Source: Harriotta raleighana (lineage: Eukaryota). Taken from it: a stretch of 64,000 bases of DNA. Positions 24,868-36,874 of this stretch are shown in pieces. The notes beneath the pieces are model-generated. The model worked only from the letters and a program-made list of their open reading frames with translations. It had not been told where the DNA came from and made no database searches. Location: positions 467,438 to 531,437 of the forward strand of contig JBNZDD010013587.1 in assembly GCA_050575255.1 (NCBI GenBank). Reading direction: 5' to 3'. The translations under genes and the position numbers were made by a program. Numbering within the stretch: the first letter of the stretch is position 1; the number at the start of each line of letters is the position of its first letter.

Positions 24868-25015
24868 AAGAACACAAGAACATGAGAACAAGTAGCAGAA
24901 GTAGGCCATTCGGCCCCTCGAGCCTGCTCTGCCATTCAATAAAATCATGGCTGATCTTCTAATCTAATTCCACCTGCCCCCCAGCCTTATCCCCATATCC
25001 CTTAATCCCTTTAGA
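24868..25015 (-). mobile_element. CR1-clade (HER1-like) LINE 3' end
   Basis: Plus AAGAACATGAG...GTAGGCCATTCGGCCCCTCGAGCCTGCTCTGCCATTCAATAAAATCATGGCTGATC is the reverse complement of the recalled chondrichthyan CR1/HER1 3' UTR. Confidence 0.8.
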
Positions 25016-25134
25016 TTATATGTGGAATGGTTACGTCACTAATTTGCGGAGATACTCGGTGTTCCGGTGAGTGAAAGAGTCATAGAGCAGGTCACTGAGC
25101 TCAGCCCAACCTTTACACGCAAGCTTTGTTTGTA

Positions 25135-25312
25135 ACATGTCAGCCTTGCTCACGTTGGCAGTGCTGGGGCCTGAGTTGGGAAGATTGCAGCATATCGTGC
25201 TGGGGCTTCAGGCTCACGCTTCAGACATCACCCCGGCTGTCAGAGATGACAACCTTTGGATGAAATGTTCAATCGAGATCCCGTCTGCCTGCTCAGGTGA
25301 ACCTGAAAGATA
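25135..25312 (+). mobile_element. Old DeuSINE/SacSINE1-like remnant
   Basis: CTGTCAGAGATGACAACCTTTGGATGAAATGTTCAATCGAGATCCCGTCTGCCTGCTCAGGTGAACCTGAAAGAT resembles the Deu core; homologous to 62380-62470 and inverted 63960-64000. Confidence 0.7.
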
Positions 25313-25512
25313 AGAGTAATAAATCCTTGCATTTGGCACGGCGCCTTAACACGCCTTCGAGGCGTCTCAAAGCTCTTCACGGAATATACTGTAAGACGAA
25401 TTAAAACAGGCGTGCGGAGTAAAGGAAACTTGCCCAAGGTTTCTCCCTGGCTGGAATCAAACCCAGGTCTCTTGCTTACTAGGCGAGAGCTCTCACCGCT
25501 GAGCTACAGGAC
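25313..25512 (-). mobile_element. SINE with internal deletion
   Basis: Tail joined directly to the head region (GAATT..AGGCGTGCGGAGTAA..CCCAAGGTTTC..GAGCTACAGGAC); central body absent. Confidence 0.82.
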
Positions 25513-26944
25513 ACCATCTTAAGCTTATTTAAAATCCAGCGCAAACGCGACTTCTCCGAAGTTTAGGTGTTGTTGTTTGAGTCGAGCCCTCAGCCTGTCG
25601 TTTGAACGCCTGCACCTCTGGCATTTGCAGTCGGTCGAGAACTGATCAGGACTTGCAGTTTGTCAAAGCTGATTAAAGTCGCAATTGATGGAACCCAGCA
25701 TCCACGCAGGGCGGTCGAGACACGAGGGGGAGCTGGCTTCTCGGCCGTTGTGCAGATTTCCTCGGGTCTCAGAGCCGGTGATCGACTGCATGTTTGGAAG
25801 AAATGTTTTGTCACCTTCCCCCCCCCCCCACCCCCCACCCTTCCCTCCTCTTCCCAAAGAAACAAACAACACCGAAAATACTACCTGCGATTGGTTTTAA
25901 GGCCACGCAACGAGGTGGAGGGGCAGAGGGGAGAAATGAAGGCTTGATAAGGTGGGCGTTGGAGAAGTTCATCGCGCTATTTACTGTAGGTTGATTAATC
26001 GTTCGTCTGTGGGTAACTGTGTGCGTGGAATTCTATAATTAAAAGCAACACTTGAATTGCGTGTATTTTGTTCCCTTATTCCCTGATGTACATTTCTCTT
26101 TTCTTTTTTTAAAAAAAAATGTATTCATAGAATGCATGAGCTATGTTCAATTAATAGACTTTCAAGTCACATCAAGAACCATTAATAACTGTCAGAGGAA
26201 TGAATTGAAAAATAGCCTCAAGGATGGAGAAAGCTCTGACTTTCTCAGGAAAGGTGGGGGAGAAAAAAAAGTTCATAACATCGGACTCTGCATTGATTAA
26301 AACTGATGCCTCGTAATGTTCTTTTTCCTCCCCGGCCCCCTGCACCTTTAAAAAATCAATAGGTTTCAGCAAATTAATCATCTCTCACAAAAATGGTGAT
26401 TTCATTATATTTCCCCCCCCCCCACCCCACAAAAAAAGGATTAAACACCGTTAACCCTTAAGACCGCNGGCCCCCTGCACCTTTAAAAAATCAATAGGTT
26501 TCAGCAAATTAATCATCTCTCACAAAAATGGTGATTTCATTATGTTTTTTCCCCGCCCCCCACCCCACAAAAAAAGGATTAAACACCGTTAACCCTTAAG
26601 ACCGCCGGCTCGGCAGCTTCCCAAGTCGACTTCAAGTGTCGCAACACTGTGCCACAAGATCCTGGAAAGCAAATCCTGTGACAGACGCGCTTTGAGGCGT
26701 CTCCCAGGCGTGAAAGGCTCAACATCAAACGCAAGGAGTATTATTATTAATATTAATATTAATATCATATCAAACGCCTGAAAAAAAATACAGGGACTGA
26801 ATTGCTGCTGAGCAGAAATCGACAATTCCCTGCAGAGCAAGAGAGTTGCCTCAGGTTGTTCTGCTGCCCAAGTTACACGAGAGCGTTGTTGACTGAGAGC
26901 TGATCATCGCCAACCCTTTCAGCGGAGGTGTTCTATAACGATAG

Positions 26945-27270
26945 TAATAAGAAGAAGAATCCTTGCATTTCGATCTAGCGCTTTGCACGTCTTCCAGGCG
27001 TCTCAAAGCGCTTCACAGAACGTACTGTAAACTGAATTGACTGTATACTTGCGGGCGAAACGCATCGGACAATTATACGCAGCAGCGTCCCCCACAAAAA
27101 ATCGTGGATTGAAACGCCCGTTTTTTGTCATTGTGTATTTTTTGGGAGGGATTATTATTAGGCGTGCGGAGTAAGGAATCTTGGTTTCGCCCTGACCTGC
27201 CTGGATGCGAACCCGAGAAGGTCTCACTCTTGTAAAGCGAGTGCTCTAACCACTGATCTGCAAGTCTCCA
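26945..27270 (-). mobile_element. SINE, full length
   Basis: Reverse-complement tail, body and head (GAGTGCTCTAACCACTGA); plus-strand tail fragments nearby at ~26685-26765 and ~27325-27390. Confidence 0.88.
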
Positions 27271-27817
27271 CAATCTTTACTTACTCCACGTCCTCCCTTA
27301 GTATTGGACGTGGAAAGCAAACGCGGCGAAAGGCTTTGAGACGTCCTCCAGGCCTGAAAGGGGCCATATCAAATGCGAGGAGTATTCTTCTTCTCCTTGT
27401 CGTTACAGGATGGCTAATCAACCGACTGGAATCAACGCAGAAACGGAATTGAAGCTGAGGCAAAGAAGTGAGGAATTCTAACAACAAGACCACGGGATAA
27501 CTGGAAACAACCCTGTGTACAATGAGCGCAGGCTCTCTCCTCAGAAACGTTGTCTGAAAGCCCTGTTCTTGCAGTGTTTGGTAGCGCGCTTGTGCAACAA
27601 TACGAACCTGGGGGCCGGGTGAGGAAGCTTCAGCTAATTTGTTTTGGGTAAAGTCGTTGGAACAGCCTCCTAGTGCAGTGTGACGTGCGACCTACTTATC
27701 TCAATATCCAGAGGCTGCGATGGTAGTAAAAAAAAATGTGGGTGCTCGAGGAATCCTCTTCACTCTGCTCAACAGCGTCACGGGCATCGAGTAGTTTCTT
27801 GTGCGAGTGATTGCTCT

Positions 27818-28197
27818 ATTATAATAAGAAGAATAATAATAATGATTGTATAATCCTTGAATGCAATAAAGCCCTTTTCACGTCTTCTAGACGTCTCAAA
27901 GCGTTTCACGGAACATGCTGCAACGTGAATTGACTGTGTATTTGTGGGCGAAACGCGGCAGCAAATTGCGCACAGCAGCGTCCCCCACAAGCAGTCGTGG
28001 ATTGAAATGACCAATTTTTTTTTTATTATTATGTTTTTTTTGGAGGGATTATTATTCAGCGCGCGCGCGCGTGTGTGTGTGTGTGTGTGTGTGGAGTAAG
28101 AAAACATTCCCAAAGTTTCGCCCTGACCTGCCTGGATTCGAACACAGGTCTCACACTTGTAAGGCGAATACTCTAACCACTGATCTACAGGATTCCA
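27818..28197 (-). mobile_element. SINE, full length, internal (CA)n(CG)n
   Basis: Complete copy; plus strand GCGCGCGCGCGC(GT)n at ~28059-28092. Confidence 0.92.
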
Positions 28198-28729
28198 CTT
28201 TCCATAGTGCGAGTCTCCCAGTCCGTGTCTTCAGCTGAGATGGTCGGGACACTTTATCCTGACACGCTTTGTGGTGTCCGTCGTTTCCAAACCATCGCAT
28301 GTTCGTCCATGTTACATGTTCAGAAAACATAATATGGAAGAAAATCTGGATGCGTAGATGTGAACGATAATTGCCTTTGCTTAAAATAACTGTGGCTTTT
28401 ACACTACTTCTCCAAATTGCTTCATTAAATTATGCTCGTCTTCTTTACAAATGGCTGGAGATGGCTGTAAAAACAACAGCTCGTATCAATCATGTCGGAG
28501 CATAATGTATCCCGTTGGAATAAAAATATGTGTTACTGTTTGCACTTGTATCTGGCCATAAAATGGTATAGAATTCTCTGCAAACTATAGGGTCGCCACA
28601 ACACAAACCACGCTCAAACCACACAGTCGATCCATATGTGTGCGAGATGAATTAACGATGTGATAAGGCGTTGTATCAAATGCGAGGTTTATTACTTTAA
28701 AAAAAAAAAAATTTGATAACCACTTTTAA

Positions 28730-28896
28730 GGGAGAAGTAGACATAGGGGTTTGGGGTTTGGGGAGGACATGTTTGCAGGGTTATGGGGGGAGAGTGGGGG
28801 AGTGGGATTGATTTGGGCAGCTCTTTTCAAAGAGCCAGCACGGACAAGATGGCCCGAATGGCCTCTTTCTGTGCTGTATAATTCTACGATTCTCTG
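28730..28896 (+). mobile_element. CR1-clade LINE 3' end
   Basis: GGGATTGATTTGGGCAGCTCTTTTCAAAGAGCCAGCACGGACAAGATGGCCCGAATGGCCTCTTTCTGTGCTGTATAATTCTACGATTCT. Confidence 0.8.
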
Positions 28897-29741
28897 ATTA
28901 ACGTGCTGCAAATAGTCAAACTCTGAAATTCCAACCCAGTCTGAGCCTGGAAGGACCATTTTGCCTCTTTAAGTTTGTCTTACGCTCAGTCTTAATTTGC
29001 AAAACTCCCGTTTTAAGAACTGCGGAACTGCTGGCATCCAATTTTAGGCCGGAATTAAGAGTTTTCCAGCAATCTTAGCTTCCAGGACGAAAAATTGCCT
29101 TACAGACTAACACTAGGGGAACTTTCTGAGCTGTAGGCTCACTACAGGATCCCAGTTCTTATAAAGATTGCATTTCAGATTGTGACGCTGGTTCAGGTTT
29201 CCACCTGTGGTGATGTATGATTTCTTTCATTTAGGCTTGCTATCACTGGCAGGCACCACTTTTAATCACACGCATCAAGTCTGCTCGAGAAGTAAAACTC
29301 CTACCTCAAGTGCAGAGTCATTTTTGCTGGTTTGAAAGCGAGTCCGTTTTTACATAAATCTTGGAGCAATCAGTCTCGAGAGTGCTTCATACAGTCGCTT
29401 GGATTTTAATCTCAGGCAGCGTTACGCGAACAAACTTGTCGAAAATGGGGCAAGAAAATATTGCTTCACAACCACACCAATCGCTCGCATTTAGAAAGCA
29501 TTCCTACATGCGGGGGGGGCCAGCATCTCGGAGCTCTCGAAGGATACTGAACAAATGCCAGTTTGCGCTTATGTAACGCTTTCACGCTGGAGGAAGTCTC
29601 AAAGCGCGTGCCAATGCTGGCTGGTAACAGAGGCTGGAGCTCCGTACTAATGGTAATAATACTGTGGGAGCATTTGATTCAGCGCTTAATCACGACTGTG
29701 CGAGAATATCACACCCATAATAACTCCATGATGGAGTTCGT

Positions 29742-30072
29742 GGAGTCCTGGAGCTCAGTGGTTAGAGGACGCACCTTACATTTGAGAGACCCGGTTTCAA
29801 TTCCAGGCAAGGTGAAACCTCGGGCAGGCTTCCTTACTCCACACGCCTAATAGTGACCCCTCCAAAAATAAACGATAATGAATTGATCGTTTCAAACCCT
29901 GACTGTTTGTGTAGGACGCTGCTGTCCACCATTGGCTGCCGGGTTTCGCCCCACAAATATACAGTCAATTCAATTTACAGTACATTCTGAGAAGCGCTTT
30001 GAGATGTCTCGAAACGCGAAAAGCACTATATGAACTGCAAGAATTATTATTAGTAGTAGTAGTAGTAGTATT
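29742..30072 (+). mobile_element. SINE, full length (duplicated at 30882-31212)
   Basis: GGAGTCCTGGAGCTCAGTGGTTAGAG...GGTTTCAATTCCAGGC, body, TGCAAGAATTATT(AGT)n. Confidence 0.87.
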
Positions 30073-30881
30073 ATAACCTAACCTACCGAATGGATAAATC
30101 TACGCAGAGTGCAAAGATGAATGCATCATAAATATTTCTCACACTGTTGAACTGCACCAGTATCCCAGTGGCAGCAGGTTGAGAGTTTTTCGAACAATAG
30201 AGACACAATAAGGCGAATGAATGGAATGAATTAAGGTCTGCCACTTGGAAATTTTTTTACTCTCTCTCTCTCCCTCTCTCTCTGGAAGTTACTCAGAGAT
30301 AATTTGACCACAGCTGCCGATTCACTCAAACAGTCAGCGTCCCTGACAACTGGGAAATCCGTTGCATTCAAAGCAATTCATCCGATCTTCCAAGCGAAAC
30401 CCCCGGCTTCTGGTGGCCCCAAAAGATACATACTTGATCCGTGGAATATTCCGAAGGCCCGCTGCGCTGTCACGAGGCTGAGAGACGTTTCTCGGCGACA
30501 TTAAAAACGAACGGATGGAAGGCAGCAGATCGCAAATGTGCCACGGAGGTTGGTAATCAGCATAATGACGTGATTTAGTTCAGNATGGGGCAAGAAAATA
30601 TTGCTTCACAACCACACCAATCGCTCGCATTTAGAAAGCATTCCTACATGCGGGGGGGGGCAGCATCTCGGAGCTCTCGAAGGATACCGAACAAATGCCA
30701 GTTTGCGCTTATGTAACGCTTTCACGCTGGAGGAAGTCTCAAAGCGCGTGCCAATGCTGGCTGGTAACAGAGGCTGGAGCTCCGTAGTAATGGTAATAAT
30801 ACTGTGGGAGCATTTGATTCAGCGCTTAATCACGACTGTGCGAGAATATCACACCCATAATAACTCCATGATGGAGTTCGT

Positions 30882-31212
30882 GGAGTCCTGGAGCTCAGTG
30901 GTTAGAGGACGCACCTTACATTTGAGAGACCCGGTTTCAATTCCAGGCAAGGTGAAACCTCGGGCAGGCTTCCTTACTCCACACGCCTAATAGTGACCCC
31001 TCCAAAAATAAACGATAATGAATTGATCGTTTCAAACCCTGACTGTTTGTGTAGGACGCTGCTGTCCACCATTGGCTGCCGGGTTTCGCCCCACAAATAT
31101 ACAGTCAATTCAATTTACAGTACATTCTGAGAAGCGCTTTGAGACGTCTCGAAACGCGAAAAGCACTATATGAACTGCAAGAATTATTATTAGTAGTAGT
31201 AGTAGTAGTATT
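30882..31212 (+). mobile_element. SINE, copy inside the duplicated block
   Basis: Same as 29742-30072 at offset 1140. Confidence 0.85.
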
Positions 31213-32259
31213 ATAACCTAACCTACTGAATGGATAAATCTACGCAGAGTGCAAAGATGAATGCATCATAAATATTTCTCACACTGTTGAACTGCACCAG
31301 TATCCCAGTGGCAGCAGGTTGAGAGTTTTTCGAACAATAGAGACACAATAAGGCGAATGAATGGAATGAATTAAGGTCTGCCACTTGGAAATTTTTTTAC
31401 TCTCTCTCTCTCCCTCTCTCTCTGGAAGTTACTCAGAGATAATTTGACCACAGCTGCCGATTCACTCAAACAGTCAGCGTCCCTGACAACTGGGAAATCC
31501 GTTGCATTCAAAGCAATTCATCCGATCTTCCAAGCGAAACCCCCGGCTTCTGGTGGCCCCAAAAGATACATACTTGATCCGTGGAATATTCCGAAGGCCC
31601 GCTGCGCTGTCACGAGGCTGAGAGACGTTTCTCGGCGACATTAAAAACGAACGGATGGAAGGCAGCAGATCGCAAATGTGCCACGGAGGTTGGTAATCAG
31701 CATAATGACGTGATTTAGTTCAGGCATTATTACCATTGCCATCCCTGAGAGACTCGTTATTCTGCCTTGCCTCGCTGGTGCCCAGAATGGACACCCGGAG
31801 GTCATTAGGAAGCGCAATGCCCGAGCCGAACGACGCCTTTGCTCTTCGCTGAAATGGCGAGGGTAAATGGGAGCTCCGGGAAAGGGTCCAGAAGGGTTGA
31901 CTTGACTTTGACGAGCTTGTGTTTTGCGCAGGAGAGGGTTGCGGGCCGATGGTTGGAAGGAGCCAGATCGCAGGAAATAGGGTCAGATTCGCTTAGGCGG
32001 CTTGTTAGACAGGGTTGATTGAAAAGTGACAGGCTGGAAAATTAATGGGACGGTAAGTCAGACTCTGTGAAGACTCGGAGTACAGGTAAAGAAACGTTTC
32101 CAGTCTGATTTTGCTAATAACCCTTTCAGTAATTTTCCTTTCCTTTTTGGGGGGGGAGGGGGGGGGGGGAGGGGGGAAACATTTTTGGCATTGCATTGTG
32201 CTCCACCACTGTCAAGCACTCTACTCTGCATGATGAGCACGACTGTATATGGGCACGTT

Positions 32260-32572
32260 GGATTCCTGTAGCTCAGTGGTTAGAGCACTCGCCTTACAAG
32301 ACAGACACCTGGGTTCTGGTCCAGGCAGATCAGGGCAAAACCTTGGGCAAGTTTGCTTCCTCCGCACGCCTAATAATAATCCCTTAAAAACGCAACAATA
32401 CTTATTTGTTTGTCTCAACCCACGACTGTTTGTGGGGATAATAATGTGCGGAATCCGATTCCGCGTTTCACTCACAAATGTGGTCAATTCATTTTATGGT
32501 ATATTCTGTGAAGGGGCTTTGAGACGTCTAGAAGATGTCAAAAGCGTTATATCGAATGCAAGGATTTTTATT
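32260..32572 (+). mobile_element. SINE, full length
   Basis: GATTCCTGTAGCTCAGTGGTTAGAGCACTCGCCTTACAAG...GAATGCAAGGATT. Confidence 0.9.
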
Positions 32573-32581
32573 TCCGTGGGG

Positions 32582-32735
32582 CTTTTTTTCGGACAGATTA
32601 TTATTGGGCACGTGTGTGTGTGTGTGTGTGTGTGTGGCGTACGGAAACTTGCCCAAGGTTTCGCCCTGATCTGCCTGGATTCGAACACAGGTCTCACGCG
32701 TGTAAGGCGAGCGCTCTCACCACTGAGCTACAGGA
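32582..32735 (-). mobile_element. SINE 5' half, inverted relative to its neighbour
   Basis: (GT)n, CTTGCCCAAGGTTTCGCCCTG, GGATTCGAACACAGGTCTC, CACTGAGCTACAGGA. Confidence 0.9.
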
Positions 32736-33217
32736 ACGAACGTACGAAACACATTGACTCCACGTTGGCCGGCCCTGGCGTTGCAGTTTAGCTATCCTCG
32801 ATCTGACTTAGAGATGTGGAAGAATCTGCCAGGTCTCCAGTCATTGCATCTGTCATCCGCTGGGTACGATTAGACATGGTGGACTGGGTGGTTCCACTTT
32901 AATCGCTCTCTGGTGCTCAGATTGAGCCTGCGGCACAAACGATGACAGCTGAGGTTACTTTCACAGCAGCGCGTAATGGCATAGCTGTCAGCAAGGATGA
33001 TTCTGAGTCATCATTCAACAGTCAAGTGGCAGATCCCAAGGAATGCCTATCCGCTGTGCGGGAGCGAAGGTACATGTTTGCTTATCGAAGGCCAAGCGAA
33101 GTCAATCTCGGCCAGGAAATTGGCCGGCCCGAGCAACTTCTGCTCTCATCTCTCTTTCTGGTACTTTTCCATGCCTCATTCAGTGAAATTCGTGCAGTAA
33201 TTGCTGTTTCAATTGTC

Positions 33218-33392
33218 CACTCGATCCACGACTGTTTGAGGGACGCTGCGTTGCGCAATTGGCTGCCGCGTTTCAGCCACAATATGTATTCAGTCAATAT
33301 ACTGCGCAGCATATTCTGTGAAGCGCTTTGAGACATCTCAAAGACGCGATAAGGCGTGATATCCAATGCAAGGATTATTCTTCTTCTTATTA
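33218..33392 (+). mobile_element. SINE 3' half
   Basis: ATCCACGACTGTTTG...GCGCAATTGGCTGCCGCG...AATGCAAGGATTATT. Confidence 0.87.
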
Positions 33393-33704
33393 TGAACAAA
33401 TCCAGTGCATCTGGAACACACTTTTCTTTTTAAACAAAGGGTTTTTGGCATTTGAATGTATGTGGCTATATTGCACAACCCACACTAAATGTCTTCCATC
33501 TAAAATAACCAGAAGGGTTTTCCCTTTTTCTTGACAGACACGCCTCGCTGTGTTCTGATAAATACTCCCGTCATCCCCTCGCAGTGAAAGCAAATGTAAC
33601 GGGATCAGGGCTAGTTCTGCGTTTCTCTTCTCTGGCTGCCGGGAATGTTTCTGGCTGAACTGTTTCATGCGGCTGGAGATGAGAAAGGGGAAGAATTACA
33701 AGAA

Positions 33705-34002
33705 TAGTAATTATAAGAATCCTTGCATTTGATAAGGCGCTTTTCGGATCTTCCAGACCTCTCAAAGCGCTTCTCAGAATATACTGTCAAGTGAATGGCG
33801 TGCGACACACGGCAGTCATTTGCGCACAGCAGTTTGTCCCCACCAACAGTCGTGGATTGAAATGAGCAATTTTTATTACCGTGGGTTTATTTTTTTTTCT
33901 GGTGGGGGGAGGACACCGGATTAGTATCAGGCGTACGGAGTAATGCAACCTGCCCAAGATACTCAGTGCTTAACGGGAGCGCTAATCGCTGAGCTACAGG
34001 AA
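33705..34002 (-). mobile_element. SINE with head deletion (duplicated at 34857-35154)
   Basis: AATCCTTGCATTTGAT...CAGTCGTGGATTGAAATG...CCCAAG...GCTGAGCTACAGGA. Confidence 0.82.
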
Positions 34003-34299
34003 CGCCACGCACGGAGATGGCAATCGAATTAAACGTCGCGAGAATCCAGTCTCGCAAGGGCTCCAGCTGAGCCCAGTGCGAGGCAGAGAGTGTCCCACAG
34101 CGACCGTTCCCAGGTGTAATCATTGCGGATGTGTGAATAGACATCGAGGTTTCCTCACACAGTGCCTCAGTGCGAATTAAATCTCCTGTTTACCACCTCA
34201 CATTTACAGAACGTTGCGGTACATTCGCTTCCGAAGCGCTTTGGTGTGATTTCCCCCCACCCCCGCCCAGCCCCCCCTCCATCCACTCCTCTATATTAC

Positions 34300-34432
34300 C
34301 TTCTTTATTTACCCTTTGCGTTTTGCTCTGCCTCCGTCCGATGGACCCGCTCACTCTTTGCCTGACTCTCAATGTTTGTCCGCTTCGAGACGCCGCCCGG
34401 CGGGAAGGGTGAGGTGTAAATGAAAGTTGTTG
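34300..34432 (+). mobile_element. Degraded L2 3' end (duplicated at ~35452-35584)
   Basis: C/T-rich UTR, then CGCTTCGAGACGCCGCCCGGCGGGAAGGG..TAAATGAAAGTTGTTG. Confidence 0.5.
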
Positions 34433-36436
34433 TGCGCCTTCCCAATCGATGTTTGTACTCAAATCGTTAACGGTTCGTTATTTCCCTGCCTTTCGGATTG
34501 CGCTTGTCATGTCTGGAATGGATGATGGCCTGAATCACACACAGTCACCCCCCCACCCCCCCCACCTCCCATAGGCCTGTGCTGAGCAGACTCCAGGCTT
34601 GATGGATGATTTTTTTTTTTNATTGCACAACCCACACTAAATGTCTTCCATCTAAAATAACCAGAAGGGTTTTCCCTTTTTCTTGACAGACACGCCTCGC
34701 TGTGTTCTGATAAATACTCCCGTCATCCCCTCGCAGTGAAAGCAAATGTAACGGGATCAGGGATAGTTCTGCGTTTCTCTTCTCTGGCTGCCGGGAATGT
34801 TTCTGGCTGAACTGTTTCATGCGGCTGGAGATGAGAAAGGGGAAGAATTACAAGAATAGTAATTATAAGAATCCTTGCATTTGATAAGGCGCTTTTCGGA
34901 TCTTCCAGACCTCTCAAAGCGCTTCTCAGAATATACTGTCAAGTGAATGGCGTGCGACACACGGCAGTCATTTGCGCACAGCAGTTTGTCCCCACCAACA
35001 GTCGTGGATTGAAATGAGCAATTTTTATTACCGTGGGTTTATTTTTTTTTCTGGTGGGGGGAGGACACCGGATTAGTATCAGGCGTACGGAGTAATGCAA
35101 CCTGCCCAAGATACTCAGTGCTTAACGGGAGCGCTAATCGCTGAGCTACAGGAACGCCACGCACGGAGATGGCAATCGAATTAAACGTCGCGAGAATCCA
35201 GTCTCGCAAGGGCTCCAGCTGAGCCCAGTGCGAGGCAGAGAGTGTCCCACAGCGACCGTTCCCAGGTGTAATCATTGCGGATGTGTGAATAGACATCGAG
35301 GTTTCCTCACACAGTGCCTCAGTGCGAATTAAATCTCCTGTTTACCACCTCACATTTACAGAACGTTGCGGTACATTCGCTTCCGAAGCGCTTTGGTGTG
35401 ATTTCCCCCCACCCCCGCCCAGCCCCCCCTCCATCCACTCCTCTATATTACCTTCTTTATTTACCCTTTGCGTTTTGCTCTGCCTCCGTCCGATGGACCC
35501 GCTCACTCTTTGCCTGACTCTCAATGTTTGTCCGCTTCGAGACGCCGCCCGGCGGGAAGGGTGAGGTGTAAATGAAAGTTGTTGTGCGCCTTCCCAATCG
35601 ATGTTTGTACTCAAATCGTTAACGGTTCGTTATTTCCCTGCCTTTCGGATTGCGCTTGTCATGTCTGGAATGGATGATGGCCTGAATCACACACAGTCAC
35701 CCCCCCACCCCCCCCACCTCCCATAGGCCTGTGCTGAGCAGACTCCAGGCTTGATGGATGATTTTTTTTTTTTGGGGACGTGTTAGGTGTGCTTTTCAAC
35801 CAAATAACTGACAAAGTTGTGGACTCGTGTCACCCGGGGGGCTTTGTGCAGTGAGCGCAACGCCAACTGCATCTTGCATCGCAGCAGTTCCCTCTGTCGC
35901 TGGCAGTCTGCGCAATGAATGCTTTCATCCGAAACAGGCCACCGATAACCCAATGCAAGTGTGTGGCAAGGCGGTCCTTGTTGTGGTGAATCAGCTTGTT
36001 TCACGTTCGTCCCCAGTTTGCTGCACAGTCCCAACACTTCAAAGCACCTCATATCTCCGTCCCCTCAAAATCCGGTGGGTGGTGGCAGACGACAGGGTGG
36101 TGGAGGGGGGGGGGGGGGGAGGGTGGGGGCTGAGGAATTGAACTCAGTCCTTCAACATCTGTTCCTTCTGCTTTTTCTTCTTTAGCTTCATGTATTTAAA
36201 CATCGCACTGTTTGACAAAGCGTCCTCTGGAGTACTGTTACGGTCGAATAGGTTTGTCAGGCTTCAAGCTGCATACTTGTGAATTACAGCAGCATTGACA
36301 GCTGTGCATTCATTTTTTGTTTGTCAACCTCAAAGCTATCTTTATGCATAAAACTTGCTAATCACTGCTGATTTTTTTAAATTTTTTTTCGCTTCTTCCC
36401 CGCCATCCTCAGCCGAGAAGCAAACAAATAACTCCT

Positions 36437-36785
36437 GAGCTCCTGTAGCTCAGTGGTTGGAGCACTCGCCTTACAAGCGTGAGACCTGTGTTTCGAATCC
36501 AGGCATTTCAGGGCGAAACCTTGGGCAAGTTTCCTTGCCCCACTCACGCACACGCCTACTAATAATCCGTCCAAAAAAGACACCCTGATAAAATAAAAGT
36601 TTTCAATCCACGACTGTGTTTGTGGGGGACGCTGCTGTGAGCAAGTGGCTGCGGGGTTTCGCCCACAAATATACAGTCAACTCACTTTACAGTATACTCT
36701 GTGAAGCGCTTTGAGACTTCCAGAAGATGTGAAAAGCGCTGCATCAAATGCAAGGATTCTTCTTCTTCTTATTATTCTGATTATT
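36437..36785 (+). mobile_element. SINE, full length
   Basis: GAGCTCCTGTAGCTCAGTGGTTGGAGCACTCGCCTTACAAGCGTGAGACC...AAATGCAAGGATT. Confidence 0.92.
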
Positions 36786-36874
36786 ATAATCACGGAGAAA
36801 TGCACAGTGCAGTCTGAAATGAAGCTACAGTGAGACAATCATCTCAAACAATTGCAGATGAAGCTCGGACCCTT

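Larger units (their letters stand above)
29445..31723. other. 1139-bp direct duplication around a single N (30584), probable assembly artefact
   Basis: 29445-30583 vs 30585-31723 match except about five substitutions seen by eye; the junction is a lone N. Confidence 0.85.
33470..35772. other. 1151-bp direct duplication around a single N (34621), probable assembly artefact
   Basis: 33470-34620 vs 34622-35772 essentially identical (one substitution seen: GGGCTAG vs GGGATAG); lone N at the junction after a T run. Confidence 0.85.

Noticed and set aside
29445-31723. Tandem duplication of small ORFs (also 33470-35772)
   Set aside because: Copies meet at a single N and are nearly identical, consistent with an assembly overlap; the ORFs are partly SINE-derived and resemble no protein I recognise.
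32942-33331. 129-aa ATG-started ORF
   Set aside because: No recognisable domain, and the C-terminal part runs into a SINE.
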